DNA of 64,000 nucleotides from Eledone cirrhosa (Eukaryota). Made by a program: the position numbers and the translations under genes. The notes under the pieces were generated by a model. It worked only from the letters and a program-made list of their open reading frames with translations, was not told where the DNA came from and made no database searches. Position 1 is the stretch's first letter. Each line of letters begins with the position of its first letter. Below, piece after piece: positions 14,891 through 27,799 of the stretch. The stretch covers positions 1 through 64,000 of the forward strand of contig CAXHJY010001058.1 in assembly GCA_964016885.1 (NCBI GenBank). The letters are read 5' to 3'.

Positions 14891-14893
14891 CAT
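14662..14893. repeat. (TA)n/(TACA)n tract
   Basis: Directly visible. Confidence 0.9.
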
Positions 14894-15473
14894 ACTCATG
14901 AGGAATCTGCAGATACTCCACACTGATATACCTTCAGATTTATACCTGTGATTATTGGGGCTGTAAGAGGATGACTTGGTGTTTATGTTGTGTCGGATTC
15001 AATGCATACAGAGATACATACATGGTGGCTGCAAACTCTACTAAGTGTATTGCAATCGCTTGTCAGATTATAGAGTTTGGTGCACGTTTAGGTTACCGCC
15101 AACCACACGAACCTGAACAAGCAATGCCTGTGATTTGAAGGTTTTTTACGTGGGGGAAAGGCTCTGCACTCGGACAATCCCACTCTCTGAGCATCGAAAA
15201 CACTACCCAAAAGGGGGAACTGATCAACAGCATCGGATGCTTCCGAAGCTGCAGGGTTTTTTTTTCAGACTTTCCCTCTCTTAGAAAGGTGTTGTAACAA
15301 CAACTAGGGGCCTTTCACTCGCAGGTGAAAAAAAATGTATTATGTCAAGTTGCTCTCCGTAACATGTAACCCAGTACAACTAGTCTAAAGGTCGGGTCGT
15401 CGGCGACTAAACCGGCAACCTCAACCAGCTTGCTTGGTGAGGAGGGTGATATTTTGACACCCGGCAGGATGAA

Positions 15474-15474
<1 letters not shown>

Positions 15475-15552
<78 letters not shown>

Positions 15553-15617
15553 TACATACATACATACATACATACATACATACATACATACATACATACA
15601 TACATACATACATACAT
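15475..15617. repeat. (CA)n(CATA)n microsatellite
   Basis: Directly visible. Confidence 0.95.
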
Positions 15618-16067
15618 GGTGGCTGCCAACTCGTTTTCGAGTACGGCCACTACTTTATATCCATGTAGGAGAACCCCTACCGATGCGCTGAACGCGTGTG
15701 ACTTTTTAGTCCAGCCAGCGACTTGAAAACTCTGGTACAAACACTACACTTGTGACAATTATTGACACATAGTGCTGGGCCCATGGTACCATGTGACGAC
15801 AAGTGCAGAGAGATCTCCAGATATAAAGCAATGCCTGTGCTGTGAAGCTTTTATAGTGAGCAAAGGCACTGCACAAAGCCAGTCCCACTCTCTTAACCAA
15901 GATGATATTTACCAAAAAGAAGAACAATTCAACATCATTGGATACCATCAGGGTTGCAGATGTTATATCAGAGTTTTCCTTCTCCTAGAATTCTGCCTTG
16001 ACAAAGGCTAAGGGGTCATCTCTCCCGGTGATTTTGGATGGCTATTGACTCTTAAGAGCCCCTTTGC
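15618..16067 (-). mobile_element. Short retroposon with (TATG)n tail (RTE-related, non-autonomous)
   Basis: Minus-strand CTAGGAGAAGGAAAACTCTG motif; terminus catacatggtggctgc shared with about 15017 and about 13006. Confidence 0.4.
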
Positions 16068-16459
16068 ATACACACATACATACATACATACATACATACA
16101 TACATACATACATACATACATACATAGATGCATGCATATATACATACATATATAAATACACATATGTGTGCTGGACCTCCGTCGGTTGTATTGATGAATG
16201 TTCCAATTGTTCAAACAATGGAACAGTTAGCTGAGCATTCCCCAGACACGCCTACTCGTAAAATGGTTCTCATTGAGAATATTCGTGACAATGATGGCCC
16301 TTTGAATTACATTTACAACTCATTTTTCCCAGCTGCGTGAACTGTATTAATGTGAAATAAAGTGTTTTACTCAAAGACACAACGCGGCGCTGCGAATTGA
16401 ACTAATGATCTTACGTTCGTGAGCCGAACACCCAAACCAATAAGCTACATATATACATA

Positions 16460-16604
16460 CTAGCTGGCCCGTCCGGCTGGCGCCCAGCTAAGTATACCAG
16501 CCCCCACCACTCCACTGCAAAGATACCACACACCCTCTCGTGTCACATTGTCCTTCCGACTCTCTCTCTCTCTCTCTCTCTCTCGCTCTCTCTCTCGCTC
16601 TCTC

Positions 16605-16645
<41 letters not shown>

Positions 16646-17084
16646 TGAAGGGAAATACGGAAAGTAAAACAGTTTTGTCATATAGAGAGTGAAGAGCGAC
16701 AGAGAGAGTAAAGCAGTTAAATTATAGAGAGGGGGAATGATCTTACATGCATACATACATACATATAAAGTATAGATATGTGTGTGTGTGTTTGTGTATG
16801 TGTATGTGTGTATGTGCATGTGTGTGTCTGTGTGTTTTGTTTTAATGTTATCCGGCAATTGGCAAAATCAGGTGTGAAAGTATTGTATTTGTGTGTGTGT
16901 GTGTGTGTGTTACTTATGCGAGCGACGACAGAAAAGTGTGTGGGATACATACATTATTATATTTGTCTGTATTTTCGTTCTGCAACGATTATATTATGTT
17001 ATTTGTATCCAAATGATTTTAGATGTATGTATTACCTTCTTGCCCGTCCCTCTGTTTCTCTTTCCCCCTCTCTCTCTCTCTCCG

Positions 17085-17115
<31 letters not shown>

Positions 17116-18237
17116 TTAGATGTGTGTGTGTGTGTGTAGTTTTCCTAATCTGTCTCTTTCACTCTCTGTCTCTCTGAGAGGGTTGCCTTTTGATGTATGT
17201 ATTACCTGCTTGTGTGTTAACCGAATTTGAAGGAGGTTATCCTTTTGAAATAAACATACATACGACGCTCATCTCTATGTTGATATATGATATAAATAAT
17301 GCGATTGATGAGTTAATATCTGTATACAACAACTACAACGGTACGTAATGGGGCCCACCCACAGCCCCGCGGACAGAATGGAAAAGGCGTTTCTCCAGAG
17401 AACGGCAAGAGAGACGCGCTGGAAAAGCCACTCCAACTCGCGGGGCTCACACCTTCGGCTGGCCAGCTCAGCGCCTATGGTGGTGAGTAAGGAGGTAGCC
17501 CTGGGGCCGAGGACACCAGAAGTCTCCACTGCCAGGGGTACGACTGCAAACCTGTCGGAGAGCGTCCAGTATTTGAGGAGTTTGGCCCCCTCAGCCCGAC
17601 GTGCAGCAGAACCTGGGTATATATTGATATATTGAAGGTAGATACGGAAAGTAAAAGAGTGTTGTCGTATAGAGAGTGAAGACAGACAGAGAGTAAAGCA
17701 GTTAAATTTTAGAGAGGGTGAAAGAGGGAGAGAGAGAGAGACGACGCTCAGCTTTATAATATTAGAGATTGAAGGGTGACAGAGAGAGTAAAGCAGTTAA
17801 ATTATAGAGAGGGGAATGATCTATTATAGAGAGAGCGAAGAGCGACGGAGAGAGTAAAGCTAAGAAACTATAGGGAGGTGTGTAGGATACATACGTGTTG
17901 ACCGAATTTACATAGGACGCTCATCTCTACGGAAAGTAAAAGAGTGTTATCATATAGAGAGTCAAGAGAGACAGAGAGTAAAGCAGTTAAATTATAGAGA
18001 GGGTGAAAGAGGAGAGAGAGAGAGAGAGAGAGAGACGACGACGCTCAGCTTTATAATATTTGAGTGTGAAGAGCAGCAGAGAGAGTAAAGCAGTTAAATT
18101 ATAGAGAGGGGGAATGATCTATTATGGAGAGAAAGAAGAGCGACGGAGAGGGTAAAGCTAAGAAACTATAGGGAGGTATGTAGGATACATACATACATTA
18201 TACATACATACGACGCTCAGCTTTATAATATTATAGA
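16460..18237 (-). mobile_element. Non-autonomous Helitron with reiterated 5' modules and an internal retrotransposon fragment
   Basis: 5'-TC at 18237, CTAG-3' at 16460-16463 with tagctgg...ccagcta hairpin, A|T insertion; gacgctcagctttataatatt repeated at about 17744, 18040, 18212. Confidence 0.65.
17345..17617 (-). pseudogene. CRE/NeSL-like non-LTR retrotransposon RLE C-terminal fragment
   Basis: AARRAEGAKLLKY...FAVVPLAVETSGVLGPRAT...IG...EPRELEWLFQRVSLAVLWRNAFSIL; GC-rich island. Confidence 0.75.
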
Positions 18238-19384
18238 TATATATATATACACACATTCTAACTATCAACCTAGTTCAGTTTTGTCAATACCCAATCTACT
18301 TATAACACTAAAGAGATAAAATTGCCCAGGTCCTTAAACCGGTTTATTTTCTTCTTTGTCTATTTTCTCTCTAACTAAACTAAAATAAATTGATGTTGAA
18401 TAGGGATGTAGACCACGGGCAGGATTTGGAGTTAGACAAATCCTTTACTAAACTAGACATCAAGAACATTAAGAAAGTATGAACAATTCTTAATAAAACA
18501 TGAGATCCTACCACACACACACACTCACGCACACACACATGGACCCTTAACGCAAAACTGGAAAGAATATATATATATATATATATATATGAGAAACGAA
18601 TGTTTTCAAGTGAGAATCGTTTATTAAACATTCACTTAGTCTATAAGCTGATTTCATTTCTTTTTCTTTCCTTCTGTTATTTGTCATCTTTACAGTTACA
18701 ACTAGAAAAAATAATGCTAAAAAGTGAACGAAGACCGCAAACCGTAGACAGGAAGCGGTGGACAAACAAACCTTGTCACCTTAAAATATATATACACATA
18801 GCAAACATTTAGATAATCACAGAATACACATGGAAATAAAAATAACCTCCAATACCAATTTCCTTTCCAGGCCTAAATTCTATGTAACATTGTTAATCTT
18901 TGTGATCATTAATCTTGGCAAAAAAATTATGAGGCTGATGCATCAAATAAGTCACGTATTTGCGATTTAGTTATAACTCTCACCAACATCAACAGTATCA
19001 CCAGGACTAGCACCATCGGGAAACTAGGCAGCCACCTAGTGCATATATTTCAGAGAGGCACATTACTGAACCTTCAAGGCTCAGAATCTTTTTTTTTTTT
19101 ACAAGTTTCTATAATTAATTAAGATATTTAATAATTTGCAGCGATTAATAAATTAATCACTAAACATCTTTGCCCTGAAGCAGCGTTGTGGAAATATCCA
19201 AAGCAGTGAGGAAGGATATGGTGTTACAACAAAATTTGGTGTGGATGAGTGTGGACTGTGTAATGAGAACAAGAAGTGTTAAAAATTAGGTTCAGTAGTT
19301 GCATAACTCTTAACACTCTATGTGGAACGGTGTCACTAAAATTACTACACCAACTAACAGATGTCCTGATTTTCAGTCTGTATC

Positions 19385-19785
19385 CCACACATGGTCTACC
19401 TTCCACACTAAACACCGGAAAGCATGTTCTAATTGCCATACTACATACAATACAACTTACCCAAACTTCCACACTACATCCAATACGACGTACCCAAACT
19501 TCCACACTACATTCCACACATTGTACCCTCATTTCCACACTTCATTGCATACAACTTACCCTAACTTTCACACTACATTCCACACAACTTACCCTAACTT
19601 CCACACTACATCCCACACTCATATTCTAGCTTTCACTCTATATCGCAAACATATTCTAACTTCTAAATTAAACCCTACGCAACATGTGCTAACTATAACA
19701 CTACATGCCCCACGATATGGCCTATCTTCCACGTTACAAATCACACTATATGTTCTAGCTTCCATACGACACCACACACCCCACG
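19385..19785. repeat. Degenerate 33-bp minisatellite (acaacttaccctaacttccacactacattccac)
   Basis: About 5 clear units plus decayed flanking units. Confidence 0.8.
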
Positions 19786-19791
19786 GTCAAG

Positions 19792-19828
<37 letters not shown>

Positions 19829-19998
19829 GAGAGGTACACAAATATATGTGTATACATACCTATACATGCATATATACACATACATTTTTCACAAGTATGT
19901 GAGATTGTGTGTTGTCGGCCTTAACCAGTGTTGCTCTATGACTTTGAGAGACAAGATAATCGGAATAACTAAATTGACTCGATATCAGAGCTCTGTAA

Positions 19999-20600
19999 TA
20001 TATTATAAAGTAAGAAGAAATATTAGACATAAATAAATACCTATTTTTTCTTCAAATTCCCGACTGTACAGTTTCGTGGCTACTATGCAAAAATCCTATA
20101 TCATAGAGATGTAACATTTTTGTGAGGTAGGCCGACTTTTCAAGGGAACACCTCGGGGAAAAATTTCAAACATGTCTGCATCGCGCGAGAGAATCTCGAA
20201 AAGGCGGAAGGAGACTCTATCACGTGATACAGTGGTCAAGAAATGCGGTTAAATCCCTTGTAGCAATGAAAAATATGACAGAAGGCGGAGGGGATATTAA
20301 TATGATGCAGAGGCTACAGTAGGGTGGTAATGAAGACTAGAAATGTATATAGTATTAGCTTGAGAGCAGTCACTATACTTCCGTGGTTACTCTACCGTGA
20401 GGGAGTTATAGACAATAATGAGAGATACACAAATATGTTTTGAAATTTTTCCCCGAGGTGTTCCCTTGAAAAGTCGTCCTACCTCACAAAAATGTTACAT
20501 CTCTATGATATAGGATTTTTGCATAGTAGCCACGAAACTGTACAGTCGGGAATTTGAAGGAAAAATGGGTATTTATTTATGTCTAATATTTCTTCTTACT

Positions 20601-20610
<10 letters not shown>
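19999..20610. mobile_element. Fold-back element with about 175-bp inverted arms, each carrying a variant HHR
   Basis: 19999-20173 is the reverse complement of about 20435-20610; right end runs into (TA)n. Confidence 0.8.
20461..20552 (+). ncRNA. Type I hammerhead ribozyme, U3:A8 core variant with long helix II (mirror at 20057-20148, minus)
   Basis: ttccc-TTGAAAA-gtcg(g/t)cctac...gtagccac-GAAA-ctgtacag-TC-gggaa. Confidence 0.6.
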
Positions 20611-20638
<28 letters not shown>

Positions 20639-20643
<5 letters not shown>

Positions 20644-23139
20644 ATAGATGCTCTGAAATAGCGATATATATGTGAATATAGACATAGAATATTCGAAAAT
20701 ATTCTGTATGTTTATAATAAACATTTTGAAGACCTAATCGCTATAGAATAGAATACGTCACGTATTACAATTAGATTCTCGATAAAAGCAAGGGAAGTAA
20801 TCTACGCGTTTCATTCTCGTTAGAAATCATCAGGACTACATATCCAGTGCTTTTATCGAGAATGACACAGCTAGAGACTTATAGAATACTTAGCTGTGTA
20901 CAGGAACTGGTTTGAAACAGCGGTTGCCGGTCCGGCAGAAATTAGAAATTGGAATAGATGCTCTGAAATAGCGATATATATGTGAATATAGACATAGAAT
21001 ATTCGAAAATATTCTGTATGTTTATAATAAACATTTTGAAGACCTAATCGCTATAGAATAGAATACGTCACGTATTACAATTAGATTCTCGATAAAAGCA
21101 AGGGAAGTAATCTACGCGTTTCATTCTCGTTAGAAATCATCAGGACTACATATCCAGTGCTTTTATCGAGAATGACACAGCTAGAGACTTATAGAATACT
21201 TAGCTGTGTACAGGAACTGGTTTGAAAGAGCGGTTGCCGGTCCGGCAGAAATTAGAAATTGGAATAGATGCTCTGAAATAGCGATATATATGTGAATATA
21301 GGCATAGAATATTCGAAAATATTCTGTATGTTTATAATAAACATTTTCAAACCAGTTCCTGTACACAGCTAAGTATTCTATAAGTCTCTAGCTGTGTCAT
21401 TCTCGATAAAAGCACTGGATATGTAGTCCTGATGATTTCTAACGAGAATGAAACGCGTAGATTACTTCCCTTGCTTTTATCGAGAATCTAATTGTAATAC
21501 TTGACGTATTCTATTCTATAGCGATTAGGTCTTCAAAATGTTTATTATAAACATACAGAATATTTTCGAATATTCTATGTCTATATTCACATATATATCG
21601 CTATTTCAGAGCATCTATTCCAATTTCTAATTTCTGCCGGACCGGCAACCGCTCTTTCAAACCAGTTCCTGTACACAGCTAAGTATTCTATAAGTCTCTA
21701 GCTGTGTCATTCTCGATAAAAGCACTGGATATGTAGTCCTGATGATTTCTAACGAGAATGAAACGCGTAGATTACTTCCCTTGCTTTTATCGAGAATCTA
21801 ATTGTAATACGTGACGTATTCTATTCTATAGCGATTAGGTCTTCAAAATGTTTATTATAAACATACAGAATATTTTCGAATATTCTATGTCTATATTCAC
21901 ATATATATCGCTATTTCAGAGCATCTATTCCAATTTCTAATTTCTGCCGGACCGGCAACCGCTCTTTCAAACCAGTTCCTGTACACAGCTAAGTATTCTA
22001 TAAGTCTCTAGCTGTGTCATTCTCGATAAAAGCACTGGATATGTAGTCCTGATGATTTCTAACGAGAATGAAACGCGTAGATTACTTCCCTTGCTTTTAT
22101 CGAGAATCTAATTGTAATACGTGACGTATTCTATTCTATAGCGATTAGGTCTTCAAAATGTTTATTATAAACATACAGAATATTTTCGAATATTCTATGT
22201 CTATATTCACATATATATCGCTATTTCAGAGCATCTATTCCAATTTCTAATTTCTGCCGGACCGGCAACCGCTCTTTCAAACCAGTTCCTGTACACAGCT
22301 AAGTATTCTATAAGTCTCTAGCTGTGTCATTCTCGATAAAAGCACTGGATATGTAGTCCTGATGATTTCTAACGAGAATGAAACGCGTAGATTACTTCCC
22401 TTGCTTTTATCGAGAATCTAATTGTAATACGTGACGTATTCTATTCTATAGCGATTAGGTCTTCAAAATGTTTATTATAAACATACAGAATATTTTCGAA
22501 TATTCTATGTCTATATTCACATATATATCGCTATTTCAGAGCATCTATTCCAATTTCTAATTTCTGCCGGACCGGCAACCGCTCTTTCAAACCAGTTCCT
22601 GTACACAGCTAAGTATTCTATAAGTCTCTAGCTGTGTCATTCTCGATAAAAGCACTGGATATGTAGTCCTGATGATTTCTAACGAGAATGAAACGCGTAG
22701 ATTACTTCCCTTGCTTTTATCGAGAATCTAATTGTAATACGTGACGTATTCTATTCTATAGCGATTAGGTCTTCAAAATGTTTATTATAAACATACAGAA
22801 TATTTTCGAATATTCTATGTCTATATTCACATATATATCGCTATTTCAGAGCATCTATTCCAATTTCTAATTTCTGCCGGACCGGCAACCGCTCTTTCAA
22901 ACCAGTTCCTGTACACAGCTAAGTATTCTATAAGTCTCTAGCTGTGTCATTCTCGATAAAAGCACTGGATATGTAGTCCTGATGATTTCTAACGAGAATG
23001 AAACGCGTAGATTACTTCCCTTGCTTTTATCGAGAATCTAATTGTAATACGTGACGTATTCTATTCTATAGCGATTAGGTCTTCAAAATGTTTATTATAA
23101 ACATACAGAATATTTTCGAATATTCTATGTCTATATTCA
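20639..23139. repeat. 310-bp HHR-containing tandem array (retrozyme-like): about 2.3 units minus (20639-21346), about 5.8 units plus (21345-23139)
   Basis: accagttcctgtacac recurs at 21351, 21661, 21971, 22281, 22591, 22901; ggaatagatg at 20641, 20951, 21261; near-identical units; flanked by (TA)n. Confidence 0.95.
21423..21465 (+). ncRNA. Minimal type I hammerhead ribozyme (repeated at +310 n; minus copies 20797-20839, 21107-21149)
   Basis: gtagtc-CTGATGA-tttctaacgagaat-GAAA-cgcg-TA-gattac; helix I gtagtc/gattac, extended by 16-bp stem 21399-21414/21472-21487. Confidence 0.8.
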
Positions 23140-23157
23140 TATATATATATATATATA

Positions 23158-24239
23158 ATCAAGGTTTAGCAAATAAGGAAAAAGTTTCAAAATAAATTTT
23201 AAAAAAATTAACTTTATTTACGATAGTTACCTTTACCGAATCGGTTTCGAATCTCAAAAATAAACGGAGTCCATACGGCCTTCGTTGCAAAGAAAGATTC
23301 TCGTCAGGAGGTTCTTTTCATTGAAAGAATATAAAATTCTTGGATTTAAATTACGAACTAGCGCTAACCAAAACTGTTCCCGAGATGAGAGTAAATGAAG
23401 TGGAATCAATTTTTTTCAAGGGCTGAGTGCAAAGATAGATGCAGAGGCAGGGAGGTCAGTCGGCTACCGCTATAACTAGCAGCAGTCAGAACGACCAAGT
23501 TTTTTCTCAACATAGAGGAGAATAGTAATAATAGAATATGTGTTCCTACACGCACAAGGCGCTAAGGGACACATGTATTGTCCAACCATATGCCAATGTG
23601 GTTCAATGGCAGGTTAATAAATTAACGAGCCAGAACATATAATCAAAGATAGAGGCAGAGGCAGGGAGGTCAGGTTAATAACCTGCCATTGAACCACATT
23701 GGCATATGGTTGGACAATACATGTGTCCCTTAGCGCCTTGTGCGTGTAGGAACACATATTCTATTATTACTAATCTCCTCTATGTTGAGAAAAAACTTGG
23801 TCGTTCTGACTGCTGCTAGTTATAGCGGTAGCCGACTTACCTCTCTGCCTCTATCTTTGCACTCGGCCCTTGAAAAAATTGATTCCACTTCATTTACTCT
23901 CATCTCGGGAACAGTTTTGGTTAGCGCTAGTTCGTAATTTAAATCCAAGAATTTTATATTCTTTGAATGAAAAGAACCTCCTGACGAGAATCTTTCTTTG
24001 CAACGAAGGCCGTATGGACTCCGTTTATTTTTGAGATTCGAAACCGATTCGGTAAAGGTAACTATCGTAAGTAAAGTTAATTTTTTAAAATTTATTTTGA
24101 AACTTTTTCCTTATTTGCTAAACCTTGATTATATATGCTCTGGCTCGTTAATTTATTAACCTGCCATTGAACCACATTGGCATATGGTTGGACAATACAT
24201 GTGCTCCTTAGCGCCTTGTGCGTGTAGGAACACATATTC

Positions 24240-24245
<6 letters not shown>
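23158..24245. mobile_element. 478-bp HHR-containing unit arranged as an inverted copy plus partial tandem copies
   Basis: 23158-23646 is the reverse complement of about 23676-24160; aacctgccattgaacc at 23680 and 24158; diverged copy at 27800-28165. Confidence 0.85.
23976..24059 (+). ncRNA. Type I hammerhead ribozyme with extended domain II (mirror about 23229-23312; paralogue 28011-28094)
   Basis: CTGACGA 23981-23987, gaatct/agattc helix II, GAAA, ccgattcgg helix III, GUA, aagg; the paralogue has perfect helix I cctt/aagg. Confidence 0.7.
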
Positions 24246-24282
<37 letters not shown>

Positions 24283-24658
24283 TATATATACATATATATA
24301 TACACATATATATATATACATATATATATACACATATATATATATACATATATATATATACATATATATATACATCTATATATATGCATGTGTGTATATA
24401 TATATATATACAAATAATAATAATATAATGATGTTGTTAATGTGTATAAGCAAATCGTCAGTGTTAAATACTGACATTAATTAGAGAGGAGATATTTTTA
24501 TGTTTAATAAATAGCTTTCATCAGTGCATAATTTATGGCAGGTGATTCCTGACGAGAATAATACAACATACATTACACCTACTTCTTCACTATACAGTTT
24601 AGTACCCTATTACACAGATGACGCACACATACACACACACACACACACACCTACACAC

Positions 24659-24689
<31 letters not shown>

Positions 24690-27492
24690 CATACATACAA
24701 TTTATGTTAGAAGAATTAAGATGGCATCGATCGACAGACCGCCTCTGTATCAATTCTTTGGTTATATTTAGCAGCAATCTAGTAGTTATTACTAAAGAAG
24801 AAGAAGAAGAAAAAGAAAAAGAAAAAGAAAAAGAAAAAGAAAAAACGAAAAAGATAAAGAAAAAAAGAAAAAGAAAAAGAAAAAGAAGAAGAAGAAGATG
24901 GTGACGACGACAATCTGTAAGCAAAAACATTTGTAAACATTGAAATATGATTTATCGAGATTTCATCCAGCTAGACTGTCTAAGAAACGTTAGAAAACTG
25001 GTGGAGCCTTTATCTGTCTATTGCGATGTGACATCACGTGAGATTTTCATATCTTACATAACACGTTTATAAAACACACTTCTCCGAGAGATAGAGTGGC
25101 ATAATCTTTAATCAGTAATATAAGGTAACGCAAGAACTATAATTGTCCAATTGATCGTCAAATTGTTAATATTATCATTTTTAAAATTCACTTGTTTAGA
25201 TCGTGAAGTTGCAAATCGTCTTTTTGAGTGTTTGAATGTATACATATGTTGTGCGAATCTATGTATAAGAGATTTAAAGGAAATTCTATATAGCTTTTTG
25301 TTTCACTTTTATTGAAAGGGGAGACTTTCATTGTACTTTTTCATTAACTTATTTACCATATATTATCGCCGGACAATACATGTCAGAAATATCATACACG
25401 AACACAGACATACACATATACAAACAGCCACGTAAGTCCACATAGAGAAACGTTCAAACTATGTCAATTCCGTTACATTTTTCTCATAGATTATTCCAAT
25501 AGCGTAACAGCTGACTATATTTAATTGCAGTTAATATCAGTAAAAGACAACAAACTTCGTGCAGTCTCAAGGTCTTCCACCTATGACTGTCAGGCAATAA
25601 ATACTAAATTTACGATGTATATCCCTTGCTCACAATACATAAACAGTGACACACATACGTGTTTTTATATATATATGTGTGTATGTATGTATGTGTGAAT
25701 GCATATATATATGTATGCATGTATGTGTGTATGCATATATATATGTATGCATGTATGTGTGTGATGTATGTGTATAGTATATACGTATGTATGTATGTAT
25801 GTATGTATGTATGTATGTATGTATGTATGTATGTATGTATGTATGTATGTATATGACCTGTATAGGCACTAGTTGTAACAGAGGGTGAAAACCACATCGG
25901 AGGCAATGTATAAATTATTTATTTATGTATGGACAGTTTTATGGACACAAAAGTTTTATGGACACAAAAGGACTGATCCCTTTATATATATATATATATA
26001 ATCTACATATTTATACAGTGATATGTCCCGGGTGAATATTTTGAGGTTGCTACTTCAACCTCGGTTGACATGAATCTCAGTAATTGGCTGTTTGAAGAGG
26101 TCGTATCTATTACATAATTGATACCATTGAAATGTGTATAATAGCAATGACGTTATAAATAAAATGATGTAAAATTCCAGAATACTGCTTTATTCTTCAT
26201 TATTATACAAAAGCTCCGTCATACATAAACCTGCTTGATTACATCGCAGTCTCGAATGTATAATACGTCGAGTGCTGAAATCTACACACAGAAGTACTAG
26301 TTGATCAATGCGCACAACTGAGAAACAAATGCAGATTGACGAACAGGAACGTATCATATATATATATGTATATATATATATATAGAAAGAGAGAGAAAGA
26401 CAGACTGGCAAAGAAAGGGAGAGAGATATGTGTGTATGTGTGTGTCTATGTATGGATTTTAAACCCACATATAGACACATACATTTATTTATATGAGTGC
26501 GTGTGAAATTTGTGGGTGGCTGCACTAGTCCCCGCTTATAAGTGTCGGCATTCGATTAGTTTATATGTGCATTTAGACTTGTATGTGTATGAGCGTGTAT
26601 ATTTTTGAGTGTGTATCTATATGTGTGTGTGGGTGAGTTGTGTGTGTATGTTTGTGTATGTGAGAATGCAGATGTAGCAATATCTACGTGGAATGATATC
26701 GCAAACGATTTTTGTGCTGAATAAATTTAAACAAAAGTATATAAAATACATCTAAAAAAACTCATAAGATTTAGTTCCAAAGTAAGGGCAGACAAATTTT
26801 GGGGTAAATATAGGAGATTAAGATAGATTTAAGTATATAAAATATATACATGTCCATATTTATTTTTTTTTTAACATATATACATAAATAGAGACAGAGA
26901 AAAGAGACAACAGAACAGACATAAACACATATACACACATACACCCACACAGAGAAACGAGAAACCTATGCAGGGTAGTGCGTACATACCCACGCATACA
27001 TATTCGTTTTTCGTTCGAGCTTTCAAAAATGTGTGTGCATACGTATCTATATATATATACATACACAATGAAACCAAAGAAAATACTTTTTGGAGATGCA
27101 GGCGGGTGGTGGTTCTATATTTGACATTAAAATCAATAGAGAGAAATAATGGAATAGATGTGGGCATGTGAGCGGGTGGATGTATGTTAGCGCACGCATA
27201 TATATATGTGTGTTTATGTGTGCGTGTGTGTGTGTATGTAGTTAAGTACGTATGTATGTGAGTGTATATATGCGAGTATGTTTACGTTTTAGTGTGTTTT
27301 ATAACGAATTCCAAAGATCAATATATCACCTTGAATGCAAGTTTCTTCAAAATGTGGACTACTTATTTATATTTATATTTTTGTTCATATGTTCATTCAA
27401 TCATATCCCTCCTCATATGCTACATTCATAAGAAACGGAGCCCTAACGTCTTTTCCCTCGCCTACCCCCACCGTGATCAAGGAGCTAAGATA

Positions 27493-27525
<33 letters not shown>

Positions 27526-27610
27526 AATAAACGATTTTACAGGAATATTGAACTACTGTGACATGTTAACTATGCGAGGTACTCAATGAAATTATATATA
27601 TATATACTTT

Positions 27611-27795
27611 GTGGATTGGCAGTATTGGTAGAGGGTCGGACGCCATGCTTTGACGCATAGAGTTACGGCCCTTGCCATTCTGAGTTCAAATCCCGCCGAG
27701 GTTAACTTTGCCTTTCATCCTTACGGGGTCGATAAAATAAAGTACCAGTAATACACTGGGTAATTGCTGGCATTGTGCCAAAAGTAGAAACAATT
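27611..27795 (+). mobile_element. tRNA-derived SINE
   Basis: Same family as 2775-2963. Confidence 0.85.
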
Positions 27796-27799
27796 ATTA

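Noticed and set aside
15965-16067. Possible HDV-like ribozyme at an RTE-type 5' end
   Set aside because: Could not build the nested double pseudoknot by eye
20639-23139. CRISPR array or centromeric satellite
   Set aside because: No unique spacers and no cas genes; eukaryotic context; short array with HHRs and TA flanks fits a retrozyme better
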